Origin: a virus | IMG/VR virus record: IMGVR_UViG_3300007511_000003 | Span: 1 to 64,000 of that record | DNA: 64,000 bases | Strand: one strand, 5' to 3' | Shown here: positions 19,361-29,097 of the stretch, piece after piece | How the letters are laid out: every line of letters starts with the position of its first letter | Position numbering within the stretch: position 1 is the first letter of the stretch | Program-made: the position numbers and the translations under genes | The notes under the pieces: model-generated | Database searches by the model: none | Seen by the model: only the letters and a program-made list of their open reading frames with translations | Told to the model about the DNA's origin: nothing

Positions 19361-20770
19361 ATGGCCAGACAACTACGTCGTTCGCCAAAGAAAGGGTTCG
19401 CTGACAGTAACCCAAATTCCAAGAAACCCAGGTTGACCGATATGGTTGACGTCTTCCCCTTCCCCAAAAAGAAGGATGACTGGTTGACGCTGCGGCTGGT
19501 CGGTAACGTCACCAGCTATGCCCAGCACTGGATTGAGATCCTGAGTGAGAAGAAGGGTAAAACCAAGTTTCCCAAACAATGCCTGAATTGGGACCCAGAG
19601 ACTGAGAGCCACGACACGACCAAAAAATGTCCATACTGCAGATGGGTAACGAACCTGCAGATCTCGTACTACTCAAATGCCATTATTCGGGACTTACAAG
19701 AACGCCAACCACGCAAAATCAGTCGGCCTTCCAAGGAAGAGGACGCCAGCGGCTTCAAAGATAAGGGTTCTGATTCCTGGACACCCGTTCGGGCGGTACG
19801 TATCCCTCCAACGTTGGCAGCAAAGTTCAAAAGCCGTAGTAACCTTAATGTCCGCCGTAATCGCAAGACAGGGGCCAAGACCGCCTATGACCTGTCAGAC
19901 CCCAAATACGGCATTGACGTACATGTGTCGTTTGATCCTGACGCCAAGGGTAGTGCCATGTACGACGTGGAGAAAGGTGATCGATCGCCTTTGACGGAAG
20001 AGGAGATGGACTACCTTATCTACAAGCTGGAAGGTCTCATGGAACCAGAATCGGTTACCGCCGCCCGCAAGGAGATCGATCGCCTCCGTGAGTCTGGTAA
20101 TCTGCCAGACGCTGAGGGCGATAAAGACTACGCCACCAGCGACGATGAGGATGGTTACGATGGTGACGTGGACTACGATGGGGAAGACGGTGACCTGGAT
20201 GGTTACGATGGAGACAGTGGCTATGACGGGGAAGAAACTGCTCCCAAGTCGTCGAGGTCTCGGAAGTCTTCTGGCAAGAAAAAGAAGGACACGGAACCTG
20301 AGTATGAAGGCGACGGCTATGATGGTGATGAGGCGGGTGACTATGATGGTGATGGCGAGTATGACGGAGAAGGTGATTACGAAGGGGAAGAGGAAGAGGA
20401 AGAGGAAAAGCCTGCCCGCGAGCCACAATCCAGTCGGTCCAAGAAAAAGAAGGAGCCAGAGCCGGAACCTGAATACGAAGGTGACGGTTACGATGGTGAC
20501 GAGGGTTATGATGGGGAAGACGATCCTCCATTTGATCCGGACCCCCCAAAGAAAAGCCGGTCCAAGAGTAAGGCACGTTCTTCCTCACGGCAGAAGCCAA
20601 AGCCCAAACCAGCTGAGGACGACTACGATGGGGATGACGGACCTATTGATGATCTGGACGACGTAGATGAACCGAAAGAGAAGTCCACACGGTCCAGCAA
20701 ACGCAGTTCCAGCAGGTCCAAGGCAAGGTCGGGTACGAAAACACGTTCTCGCCGATCAAGTCGTAGGTAG
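19361..20770 (+). CDS. putative ssDNA-binding protein with a long disordered tail
   Basis: N-domain with HW, C...CPYC (gp32-like zinc pattern) and YYSNAIIR; acidic YDGD-repeat tail; one short ORF upstream of recA. Confidence 0.6.
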   Translation: MARQLRRSPKKGFADSNPNSKKPRLTDMVDVFPFPKKKDDWLTLRLVGNVTSYAQHWIEILSEKKGKTKFPKQCLNWDPETESHDTTKKCPYCRWVTNLQISYYSNAIIRDLQERQPRKISRPSKEEDASGFKDKGSDSWTPVRAVRIPPTLAAKFKSRSNLNVRRNRKTGAKTAYDLSDPKYGIDVHVSFDPDAKGSAMYDVEKGDRSPLTEEEMDYLIYKLEGLMEPESVTAARKEIDRLRESGNLPDAEGDKDYATSDDEDGYDGDVDYDGEDGDLDGYDGDSGYDGEETAPKSSRSRKSSGKKKKDTEPEYEGDGYDGDEAGDYDGDGEYDGEGDYEGEEEEEEEKPAREPQSSRSKKKKEPEPEPEYEGDGYDGDEGYDGEDDPPFDPDPPKKSRSKSKARSSSRQKPKPKPAEDDYDGDDGPIDDLDDVDEPKEKSTRSSKRSSSRSKARSGTKTRSRRSSRR

Positions 20771-20797
20771 GTCCTTACAGGGCCCTTGTTGGTAAAT

Positions 20798-20830
20798 GAG
20801 GGTCGGTCTGTGACATGGCCGACCCTCTTT
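20798..20830 (+). terminator. rho-independent terminator
   Basis: gagggtcggtc...ggccgaccctc followed by ttt. Confidence 0.65.
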
Positions 20831-20845
20831 ATATGGAGTAAAAAG

Positions 20846-21109
20846 ATGGTTACGACAAACTGGGAACCCGGAAACGATTATGGGATTAGGCTTTCGGATG
20901 AAACCGGGGACTCTCGCACGGAAGAGGAGTTAACTGGGATGGTGGAACAAATTCAGAATGTGGCCAACATGTATGGATTCGACCTTTCGGCTACCGGCGG
21001 GTGGTCTTCCTTTGTTAAAATGATGGCTGGTGAGGATGCCTTTACCCAAAACCTCAATCAAAAGGTTGGTAACCTGGACCAGATGACAACGGAGGAGCCT
21101 CATGAGTGA
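20846..21109 (+). CDS. hypothetical protein
   Basis: GGAG upstream of MVTTNWEPG; overlaps the recA start. Confidence 0.5.
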   Translation: MVTTNWEPGNDYGIRLSDETGDSRTEEELTGMVEQIQNVANMYGFDLSATGGWSSFVKMMAGEDAFTQNLNQKVGNLDQMTTEEPHE

Positions 21110-22430
21110 TGCCTTTGTTCCTGACTATGCAGGAGTAATCAACAGCGTTGACAAGTCCTTCCGCCTCAGTAGTGGTCAGATGGATGCCACTACCCGGAGA
21201 GCCACGGCTTTGTCAACAGGCCTGTTAGTGACTGACCTTATCATGGGAAGCGGTGGCCTCCTCCCAGGTGGTATGTATACTTTCTTCGGCCCAGAGGCCG
21301 CCGCCAAGTCAACCCATTCCTACCACATCTTGGACGCCGCCGTACAAAAGGATGTACCTATCCTCAATGTATGGGACTATGAGAAGTCTATGGACCCATC
21401 CTATTTGGAGGGGATTTCCAGCGGGCGTCTCATTGCCGAGGACATTTTTGGAACCCCGGATGGTAAAGGTGGGTGGTCAATTCCACCTCGCGTGCGGTAC
21501 TACGATGAAGTACTTGGTCAGGTCTTTTTTGACAGTATGTCGGCCATGCTCCGACGGTTGCCTGATAAACGGTTGGTAGACGGGGACTGGTTCTACGTGT
21601 GGTCGAATACCAAAGCCCACCAGAAGATGCTATCGGGTAAGTACAGCAAAACCCTGTTCTCCAAGACCAACGAGTTTTGGATTGAAGCCCCTGATGGAGG
21701 CCTCCAGTCTCTAATCTTTGTAGATAGCTGGCCCGGTATGTTGGCGGATGACGAGGATGAAGCATCCAACGCCATGGCGGTCGAGGCACGGATGTTCTCC
21801 AAGCAGGTAAAGCGGGTGAAATCCAAGCTTCGCAAGAAAGCGGTGGCTCTCATCGGTGTCAACCAGCTTCGCCTCAAGCCTGCCCAGATGTATGGGTCAC
21901 CTGAGTATGAACCGGGTGGTGAAGCCCTTAAGTTTTGGTCGGACTTTCGTCTCCGTCAGAAACCTCGGGCAATCCCGCATGGAAAGGGCCAAATCGAGGT
22001 AGAGGATTCTGTGCTGGAAGACGGTGCAGAAGACCAGTACAAGTACATCCACGTCCAGTCCATTAAGAATAAGTATGGCACGCCCTACTTGGATGGGTGG
22101 CACCGGATTTGGTTCGAGGATCATAAAGGCCGCGGGCGTGGTTTTTGTCCTGTCTGGGATACCTTCCAGTACCTCAAGATGACTGGCCAGGTGCAGGGTA
22201 ACATGAAGAAAATGCGTATTACGATGGAAGGGTTTCCTTATGACGGGACCCTTTCCTGGTACGATTTCAAATCGCTGGTGTTGTTGAAGGGGCAGCGCGG
22301 TAAGAAGTTCTGTCACGACATTGGCATTACACGCCCACCCAAACTTCGGGAACGTTGCTTCCAGCAACTCCAGTATGGAAAGGCACAGGCCCTCCGCGTG
22401 GCGGAGAAAAAGAGGAGTAAGAAAAAATGA
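21102..22430 (+). CDS. recA: RecA/UvsX-like recombinase
   Basis: STG....D..MG.GGL, Walker A GPEAAAKST, IFVDS, NQLR, YEPGGEALKF, KNK motifs. Confidence 0.85.
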   Translation: MSDAFVPDYAGVINSVDKSFRLSSGQMDATTRRATALSTGLLVTDLIMGSGGLLPGGMYTFFGPEAAAKSTHSYHILDAAVQKDVPILNVWDYEKSMDPSYLEGISSGRLIAEDIFGTPDGKGGWSIPPRVRYYDEVLGQVFFDSMSAMLRRLPDKRLVDGDWFYVWSNTKAHQKMLSGKYSKTLFSKTNEFWIEAPDGGLQSLIFVDSWPGMLADDEDEASNAMAVEARMFSKQVKRVKSKLRKKAVALIGVNQLRLKPAQMYGSPEYEPGGEALKFWSDFRLRQKPRAIPHGKGQIEVEDSVLEDGAEDQYKYIHVQSIKNKYGTPYLDGWHRIWFEDHKGRGRGFCPVWDTFQYLKMTGQVQGNMKKMRITMEGFPYDGTLSWYDFKSLVLLKGQRGKKFCHDIGITRPPKLRERCFQQLQYGKAQALRVAEKKRSKKK

Positions 22431-23369
22431 GTACCGATTTTTGGTCAGACGGGAAGGCCGACCTCAAGATTTTTGACATTGTGGACAAAGCCCAACATCC
22501 CGTATCCTTGCAGGACATACGACACATGTTGGATTTACCTGAGGACCAAACCACGTATCTGAAACTTACCCAACGGTTGAGTGGTTTGATAAAGTCGGAA
22601 GACTTGCAAAGGGTTCGTCACAAAGGAGGAGGTCGCAGTCGGCCCTACTACTATTTTTCAGCAGACAAGGACGAGGAATGGGCCCTGTCGTGCCTGACAA
22701 AAACAGAGGAGGAACCTGTTAAGGCAGAAGAGCTTCCCACAAAGCCGAAACCTGTTACAGAGAAAAAGGACTTGGCTCCTGCAGCAGCAAAATCTCTGGT
22801 GCCACCAAAGGAAGAGATAAAACCGGTTCCGCCTGCCGTCAAAGAAAAGCCTGTAAAGGAACCAGTAAAAGCAGAGCCAACGAAGGTTAGAAAACCCGAA
22901 CCGCCCGAGGTCCAGGTAGATCAAACCTCTCCTCTTGACGGCTTTGTCCAACCCCTCCCTAATCATGAAAGGCGCAAACTTATGGATGCCTTCTTGGAGG
23001 TGTGTATCATCCAGTCGAAGAAAGGCCCTCCCTACCTTATAGATTACCTTACAGATTACCTTTGGATCGGTGGTTCAAAAGGCTTTGGGTATACCCAAAG
23101 GTGGTCACTGTGAAATCTATTTTCGGGCCAAAGATCGGAAGATGACCCTGTTGTTTTATCCGGCCTCTACCGGGGACTCCTTTACTCTGCGACATGATTC
23201 CCAACGCAGTAGTAAGAACGTATTTATCCGTCTCTTGATGGCTACTGGATTCCCTACCGTGGATAAAACCACACCGATCTTGGAGATGGATGAGATGGAG
23301 TTGGTCGTTGACGGAAAATCTGTACAGGGTATCCAGTTTGACTTTCCAGGCCGGAAGACATACCGATGA
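22427..23369 (+). CDS. winged-helix protein with a Pro/Lys/Glu linker; possibly one gene frameshifted near 23070
   Basis: N-terminal wHTH-like segment; overlapping ORFs 22427-23113 and 23070-23369 with no clear RBS for the second. Confidence 0.4.
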
Positions 23370-23818
23370 AAATATATTTGGCGTCTACTGCATGTAACCG
23401 TCTGTTTATACAAGCCATCCAATACTATCTCGGGCAGAAAGTACAGGCTACCTTGGAGTTTGTCAGTCATTGGTACTGGAAACCGCCTATTGATAGTGTA
23501 CCAGAGCGAGCCGAGATGGACTACCAAGGGGTACAAGAGGCAGACATAGTGATTGCTTTTGGGCCACATGGTGAAGGCACAACCAGTGAAATGGGGTATG
23601 CTTTGGCCCAGTATACCACGGTGGTATATGTTCCTGCTTGGTGCCATAAAAATCGCATCCCCCTCCCAGCAGGTATGCTTCACAAATACAAGGGACCGGA
23701 ATTATTGGATGCCAAGAGCCCTGGTTGGGTGGTCGAAAAGTTGGAGGACTTGGTGGAAATGTTGGAAGCTTTGTACCAGGATAAACAAGACGGACTGTTG
23801 GCACCAACAGATGGGTGA
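23366..23818 (+). CDS. nucleoside 2-deoxyribosyltransferase-like / dNMP N-glycosidase
   Basis: KIYLAS, D..GV.EAD..IA, GT.SE.GYA.A motifs. Confidence 0.7.
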   Translation: MKIYLASTACNRLFIQAIQYYLGQKVQATLEFVSHWYWKPPIDSVPERAEMDYQGVQEADIVIAFGPHGEGTTSEMGYALAQYTTVVYVPAWCHKNRIPLPAGMLHKYKGPELLDAKSPGWVVEKLEDLVEMLEALYQDKQDGLLAPTDG

Positions 23819-24278
23819 TCGTAAAACAATCACCCGGGCCCTTACAAAAGCAGGCGTCGGATACTGGGTTAAGAAGGGTTTTGGTGTCACCCCTGAAATA
23901 GGTGTCCTACCATGGGGCCGACGTAGAGCAGACCTGCTGGCAGTCAACCAAAAAGGTGTGTTAGTGGTGTGCGAGGTCAAGAGTGGTTTGTCTGACTTCC
24001 GAGCCGACAAGAAATACGAGCAGTACCTTCCACACTGCAACAAGATGTATTTTATCGTGCACGACAAAGACTGGATCGAACCATTCAAGGACACTCTGAA
24101 AAGCCAGGGTATAGGCATCCTGTGGTTGAATCCTAAAACAGGTCTCTTGAAGTCCATACTGTCGGCCCCTCACCGAGAGATGCCTAAGGGTAACAAGAAG
24201 GCTATCGTCCTCCGCATCGCTTGGAAGGCATCCAAGTTCAACAAAAGTAACACCAAACGATACCGCGTTTTCTTATGA
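23811..24278 (+). CDS. MmcB-family PD-(D/E)xK nuclease
   Basis: RRADLLA...EVKS..SDF..D.KY..YL..C motif. Confidence 0.75.
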   Translation: MGDRKTITRALTKAGVGYWVKKGFGVTPEIGVLPWGRRRADLLAVNQKGVLVVCEVKSGLSDFRADKKYEQYLPHCNKMYFIVHDKDWIEPFKDTLKSQGIGILWLNPKTGLLKSILSAPHREMPKGNKKAIVLRIAWKASKFNKSNTKRYRVFL

Positions 24279-24291
24279 CAAGGGACCAATA

Positions 24292-24534
24292 ATGAGCTTT
24301 TTTATTCAAGCATTGGAGGACGTGGCGGACCTCCTTGAACCATTTAATTTCCGCCCCTCGGACACCGAGGATGAGTGCCTGACGTGTATGAAAGGTAGGC
24401 ATTTCCAGTTAAACCCTTCACGTTATGATAGGGTCACCACCTGTGAAGTCCTCAGCCATTTCAAAATACTGGAGGTTGGGGAAGGTATGGTCTGTGACCG
24501 ATACGACTACAATTCGTCTGGATTTAATAGGTGA
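24292..24534 (+). CDS. hypothetical Cys-containing protein
   Basis: CLTC...C...VCD.Y pattern. Confidence 0.45.
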   Translation: MSFFIQALEDVADLLEPFNFRPSDTEDECLTCMKGRHFQLNPSRYDRVTTCEVLSHFKILEVGEGMVCDRYDYNSSGFNR

Positions 24535-24806
24535 ACATAATTTCGGGCCTTGCGGTAGATTGCTTGTACATGTCGATGATGTACCCTACTGAGACAGTCA
24601 TGGAATTGCTGGATGACATCCATTATGCCCCTGGGTTCTCTGAGTTAATACAACAAGGGATGGTAACAATAGATGTGGTGGAACAGTCTCTGCATGTGTA
24701 CAGCACGTCATTCATGGTGATGCCCAAAGGGCAGGCGTTGATAAGGGCACTAGAGATCGAAAGTGGGAGGGCTTCACCAGGTCCGCCTATTACCCTACCT
24801 GGATAG
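24531..24806 (+). CDS. hypothetical protein
   Basis: Coupled ORF between flanking genes. Confidence 0.4.
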   Translation: MNIISGLAVDCLYMSMMYPTETVMELLDDIHYAPGFSELIQQGMVTIDVVEQSLHVYSTSFMVMPKGQALIRALEIESGRASPGPPITLPG

Positions 24807-24815
24807 GAGTACCTC

Positions 24816-25838
24816 ATGTCGGTAGAAGGTGTGTTCATAGGAGACCTCCATCTGGATGGCCTCCGTAAGTTGTTCCCTGACAATCATTTGGACCTACAAA
24901 TGGCAGAGTTCCGCAAACCACTGAGGTATGCGGTTGAACTCGGTCTCAACTTTGTTATCCTTGGTGGGGACATTTCCCACAATACTAGGCTTTCATACGA
25001 AGCCCAAATGGCGTTCCTTGAGGTCCTCCACGAGTACGATGGAACGTTAGACATCCATGTTATCCTGGGTAACCATGACGTTCGGAACAAAGACCTCCAC
25101 AGCCTACAACCACTTGTACAATTATGCAGGATGGAGAAATTTCGTACCATCTACATTTATGACCGTCCTAACCGTATCCAGTTGGATGGAACGGTCATTA
25201 ACTTTCTTCCTTTTCCCTATGACTGTCCTCCTTTTTCCTTGGGACCCACGGTTAATATTGGGCACTTAGAAACAACAGGTGCCCGCCGAGATAATGGCCA
25301 ACGGATTACCAAGGGTTGGCGTCCTACGAGAGACCAAGACATCTGGTTAATGGGGCACCTCCATCTCAAGCAAAAGACGGGTAATGTGTGGTACCCCGGC
25401 ACGCTCTACCAGATGAACTTTGGGGAACCCTTACCCAAGGGATGGATGCACTTTATTCTGGATACACGTAATAACCAGATTGACGCTGACATAACGTGGA
25501 TCCAGAACGAACCAGCGTTTCGCCTAGTTAACTTGTCCATCGAGGTAGAGGCAGACCTAGATAAAATTGAGTCCAATCCATTACACCGATACAAGCTATG
25601 GTTGAAGAGTGGTGTAGTATTACCTCCTGGCTTCCTGACAGCCCATCCAAACGTCTACAACGTTGTTGGGTACAAACATCGGCAAGAACTCTTATCCCTT
25701 GAGGATACGGCCGTAGATGGTCCGCAATGGGATCTCCTGACAGGGCTGGATGTTTTCCTGAAGGATAAGGGAGCTACACGGTCCCAAATTCGTCGGGGAC
25801 AACAATTAATAGAAAGCTTCTTAAAGGACGCGACATGA
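24816..25838 (+). CDS. sbcD: SbcD/Mre11-like metallophosphoesterase nuclease
   Basis: GDLH, GGD, GNHD, GHLH, YPGT..Q.NFGE motifs. Confidence 0.85.
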   Translation: MSVEGVFIGDLHLDGLRKLFPDNHLDLQMAEFRKPLRYAVELGLNFVILGGDISHNTRLSYEAQMAFLEVLHEYDGTLDIHVILGNHDVRNKDLHSLQPLVQLCRMEKFRTIYIYDRPNRIQLDGTVINFLPFPYDCPPFSLGPTVNIGHLETTGARRDNGQRITKGWRPTRDQDIWLMGHLHLKQKTGNVWYPGTLYQMNFGEPLPKGWMHFILDTRNNQIDADITWIQNEPAFRLVNLSIEVEADLDKIESNPLHRYKLWLKSGVVLPPGFLTAHPNVYNVVGYKHRQELLSLEDTAVDGPQWDLLTGLDVFLKDKGATRSQIRRGQQLIESFLKDAT

Positions 25839-26689
25839 CTGCCAATACTGCCGTTGGATTTACTGTCCAACACATGGAACTCCAAGATGAGGTAGAGGTA
25901 CTTGAGATTGAGTGCCAGCAACTGGAGACCAAGAGAGCCGAGTTTCAAGGGATGATGGACGATCTTGATGGTTGGTTGCAAGCAGAGCTGTCAGAAGAGG
26001 ATGAGATGATAACTCACCTTGAAACCGCCTGCCGTGATCTCTTGGACCAACATCGTAAATTACAGGAGCGACACAACCAAGAGGAACCTAACAAACCACG
26101 GGGGCCAAACTTCGAAACCAATTTTGAAAAGCGGCAGGAAAAGCAAAAGGTTAAACCAAGCTCAGAAGCCAAAAGGTTGTTCCGCCGCATTAGCCTGTTG
26201 TGCCACCCTGATAAAACGCCGGGTAAAACCTGGCTCCACGAATTTTTTAAGATGGCGTCAGAGGCCTACGAGAACAACAACGTCAAAGCTCTGTTGGATA
26301 TATGGGATGGGCTGGTAAAACTAGGGCGGGGTAAGAAAAAAGGTACAGAGGTGAACCTTCCGGACCGTCCAGCCTATGACAGGTTGGTGGCCAGACTCCG
26401 AAAAAGGCACGGCATCTTACTAGGCCGTATCCAAGAATTGCGGGCGGAGATAAATACCCTAGAGAATTCCGAGGGGCACAACAACTGGAAGTTGTGGCAA
26501 ACCCCTGTAGGGAGAGCACACGTCATTGAAAACACACGTGCCCAACTTATAGCCAAGTACCAAACGTTCCAAAAACAGATGGAACGCATCCAAGGGGATA
26601 TAGAGCGGATGAGGAATCCTGAAAAAGTGAACGTCACCTTTGGTCATGAAGGTACCACAGTTAACTGGGGACAATTCTGGAAACTGTAA
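25835..26689 (+). CDS. coiled-coil protein with a J-domain-like segment
   Basis: K.LFR.I...CHPDK...F..A..AY, containing the HPD motif. Confidence 0.65.
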   Translation: MTANTAVGFTVQHMELQDEVEVLEIECQQLETKRAEFQGMMDDLDGWLQAELSEEDEMITHLETACRDLLDQHRKLQERHNQEEPNKPRGPNFETNFEKRQEKQKVKPSSEAKRLFRRISLLCHPDKTPGKTWLHEFFKMASEAYENNNVKALLDIWDGLVKLGRGKKKGTEVNLPDRPAYDRLVARLRKRHGILLGRIQELRAEINTLENSEGHNNWKLWQTPVGRAHVIENTRAQLIAKYQTFQKQMERIQGDIERMRNPEKVNVTFGHEGTTVNWGQFWKL

Positions 26690-26728
26690 ATTAAAGGTAT
26701 ATGAACACAAAGCCGTAGGAGCCGAGAT

Positions 26729-27409
26729 ATGCCACCAGTAAAAGGATGGGCCCAGAAGTACAGGCCCCAAAAGTTAAGCCAAGTCGCAGGTCAAAAGTCT
26801 ATTGTTACCACGTTTCGGGGTAACATTGAAAAGGGTGAGATTCCCAGCGCCTACCTTCTGACAGGTCCAAGTGGATGTGGTAAAACCACCATCGGTCGGT
26901 TGATCGCCAAATACCTGAACTGTACAGAGATGACAGGGTGTGGTAAATGTGATTCCTGCGTCGCCTTACAGGAAGGCCGCCATCCTGATATCGAAGAGTT
27001 CAACATGGCAGACAGCCGGAAGATCGAGGACGTTCGTAACTTAATCGCCCGCAGTAGATTTATGTCCACCCATCGCCTCCGTGTCTTTATCCTTGACGAA
27101 TGTTTCCCTCCAGACGCGGAGGTAGAGGTGGCCCCTGATCAGTGGGCCACCATCGAGGATATTTGTCAAAATCCTGATAGATACCCAGAGGTGTTATCCT
27201 ATGATACAAAGGTAGGTAGGATAGAGGCCCAACCTGTAATTAGCAGGACACCAAAGGAAGCCAAGCCCGATCAAATGGTACGTGTCGATCTTGAGGATGG
27301 ATCCCATCAAGACTGCACGGATACACATAAGTGGTGGTCTGTCACGCGTGGACGTATGGTAGAAGCCCAAGAGCTTTTAGAGGGGGAGGAACTTTTGGTT
27401 CGCGATTAG
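26729..27409 (+). CDS. dnaX: clamp-loader DnaX N-extein (124 aa) + N-intein (102 aa)
   Basis: KYRP, GPSGCGKTT, zinc cysteines, FILDE, then intein block A CFPPDAEV (from 27101) and block B TDTH; stop at 27409. Confidence 0.92.
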   Translation: MPPVKGWAQKYRPQKLSQVAGQKSIVTTFRGNIEKGEIPSAYLLTGPSGCGKTTIGRLIAKYLNCTEMTGCGKCDSCVALQEGRHPDIEEFNMADSRKIEDVRNLIARSRFMSTHRLRVFILDECFPPDAEVEVAPDQWATIEDICQNPDRYPEVLSYDTKVGRIEAQPVISRTPKEAKPDQMVRVDLEDGSHQDCTDTHKWWSVTRGRMVEAQELLEGEELLVRD

Positions 27410-27610
27410 ACTCCCGCTGTAAGTAAGGCCTTGTTTAAAATCGGTTTCCCAAATGTATACCACATTGTAACCTGCCAAGACTAGCCGTAATAACCTGTCC
27501 ATAGTTTTGCGGTATAGTGTTTTGGCAGTTACTTTGCGGTTAAATGGGTGGCACTTATGGTCAGGCTTGAATTTGAAAGGGGACCCGTGGTAATGATTCT
27601 CCGATGTAAC
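27377..27610 (-). pseudogene. start-less remnant of a Vsr-like homing endonuclease
   Basis: Minus frame reads ...HYHGSPFKFKPDHKCHPFNRKVTAKTLYRKTMDRLLRLVLAGYNVVYIWETDF...; no start codon before the YHG motif. Confidence 0.75.
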
Positions 27611-27635
27611 TTATCTAAATTAGTGAGAGGAATTT

Positions 27636-28553
27636 ATGAAAACTGTTAAAGTCAAAAAAGTCACGCGGTTGGGTAATCCGTGTCAACGCGTATATGATAT
27701 CGGTGTCGCTAAGAACCATAATTTTTTCATTCGACCAAAAGGCTCCACAAATAGCGTCCTGGTATCAAATTGCCACCAGTTAACGCCTCAGGCAGAGCAA
27801 GCCCTCTTGAAACCGCTGGAGGATCCTCCAAGTCACGTCCTATGGATTCTTGGCACCACAAACCCAGAGAAGTTGGCGGCTGCCATCAAGGGGCGTTGTC
27901 ACCATTTACCTGTGAAACCTTTAGGGCACCAGTCCATTATTCGACGCCTCCAACAGATTGCCAAACGAGAACGTGTTACTGGCCTCGAGGAACCTCACTT
28001 TAAGGCCATGGCGAATCTGTCAGGTGGTCAGATGCGTGACGCCATTGGTATCTTGGAAAATACCAGTTCCTTCATTGCAGGGCTCGGCACAGATGTTGAA
28101 CCTGAAGCTCTGTCCAAGATTATCGAAGACCAAGCCATCCAAACGGTTGACAGTGTTTTGGATAACATTGCAAGCGCCATCTTGGTAGGTCTGTACACGA
28201 ACAGTACCCGCATAGTGTGCAGAGAGATAGCCAAGACTACGGAGTTCGTGCCCCTCATGCAAAAATTAATGGACCTCAACCAATACATGGTGGACAGGGC
28301 CACGCTCCATTTTGATAGCAGGGGTCAACACCCAGCGGTGTTTGCCAGTGTATCCCGGAAGAACCTGCACAGGGCGATGTTAAAGCGGGAGTTCGACATC
28401 AAGAGGAACCTCGGTCTATTACTACGTGTCCATAATTTAATATTGGATGCTCGGGCTGAGATGATGACCTTTGTAACACCTGAAAGGTCAATGCTGGTTG
28501 CTCGGCTTGGGCGTATGTCAGGTATCCACCGACAACGTTCAAGGAGTAAGTAA
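27636..28553 (+). CDS. dnaX: C-intein (45 aa) + DnaX C-extein (260 aa)
   Basis: GAGAGG RBS; VYDIGV..NHNF block F, VSN|CHQL splice junction at 27770/27771, then ALLK.LE.PP, TT, GRC and G.MRDA clamp-loader motifs. Confidence 0.92.
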   Translation: MKTVKVKKVTRLGNPCQRVYDIGVAKNHNFFIRPKGSTNSVLVSNCHQLTPQAEQALLKPLEDPPSHVLWILGTTNPEKLAAAIKGRCHHLPVKPLGHQSIIRRLQQIAKRERVTGLEEPHFKAMANLSGGQMRDAIGILENTSSFIAGLGTDVEPEALSKIIEDQAIQTVDSVLDNIASAILVGLYTNSTRIVCREIAKTTEFVPLMQKLMDLNQYMVDRATLHFDSRGQHPAVFASVSRKNLHRAMLKREFDIKRNLGLLLRVHNLILDARAEMMTFVTPERSMLVARLGRMSGIHRQRSRSK

Positions 28554-28814
28554 ATGAAATGGATGTTAAAGAGCTTCCGTTACATGCAAGCGGAATTACT
28601 ATACGTGTTCCCAGTAATTGTGTTCCTGTGCGGTCTTATTCTTGGCTGGGGTTCCCACGAACATGTCTTTGGTCACAAGTCTCCTAATGTCCTGCATAAA
28701 GACACTCACGTACCTCTAGTAAAAATGCACCGACAACTACAACTTGAACATGAAGAGTGCCTTGAGTGTCATGGTAAACAGGGTGACCCGCATGTAATCG
28801 GGGAAAAGCCATGA
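28554..28814 (+). CDS. small membrane protein with a CxxCH motif
   Basis: TM segment FPVIVFLCGLILGW; CLECH near the C-terminus. Confidence 0.5.
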   Translation: MKWMLKSFRYMQAELLYVFPVIVFLCGLILGWGSHEHVFGHKSPNVLHKDTHVPLVKMHRQLQLEHEECLECHGKQGDPHVIGEKP

Positions 28815-29089
28815 AAGACAGACGCCACGTTATCCGTACCCTGATGGAGCTCAAATCCCTGATACCCATCGCCATATTCATCGCCGGTATGGTATTTGGT
28901 TGGGCTTCCGACCCTGTTGTCAACTTCTCCTGGAAGGGGCATTACCTGTTCCCCCGGAAGGTGTTGAACGGTTGCGTTCTCCATGGCACCCATTATGATT
29001 GTGCAAAGGAGACGGTACTGCGTTGGGCACAACCTGAAGACCTGGTACCTAACAAACCAACCAATCCTGACGGGACTCCAACTAGATAG
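28811..29089 (+). CDS. small membrane protein
   Basis: TM segment IPIAIFIAGMVFGW. Confidence 0.5.
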   Translation: MKDRRHVIRTLMELKSLIPIAIFIAGMVFGWASDPVVNFSWKGHYLFPRKVLNGCVLHGTHYDCAKETVLRWAQPEDLVPNKPTNPDGTPTR

Positions 29090-29097
29090 GTACCTAC

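Noticed and set aside
20140-20660. Tandem DNA repeat array or DGR-like repeats
   Set aside because: The repeats are in-frame coding repeats (YDGD) with synonymous variation; no reverse transcriptase in the window.
27410-27635. Group I or II intron interrupting dnaX
   Set aside because: No intron core motifs recognised; the second half has its own RBS and ATG, and both halves carry complete intein termini.
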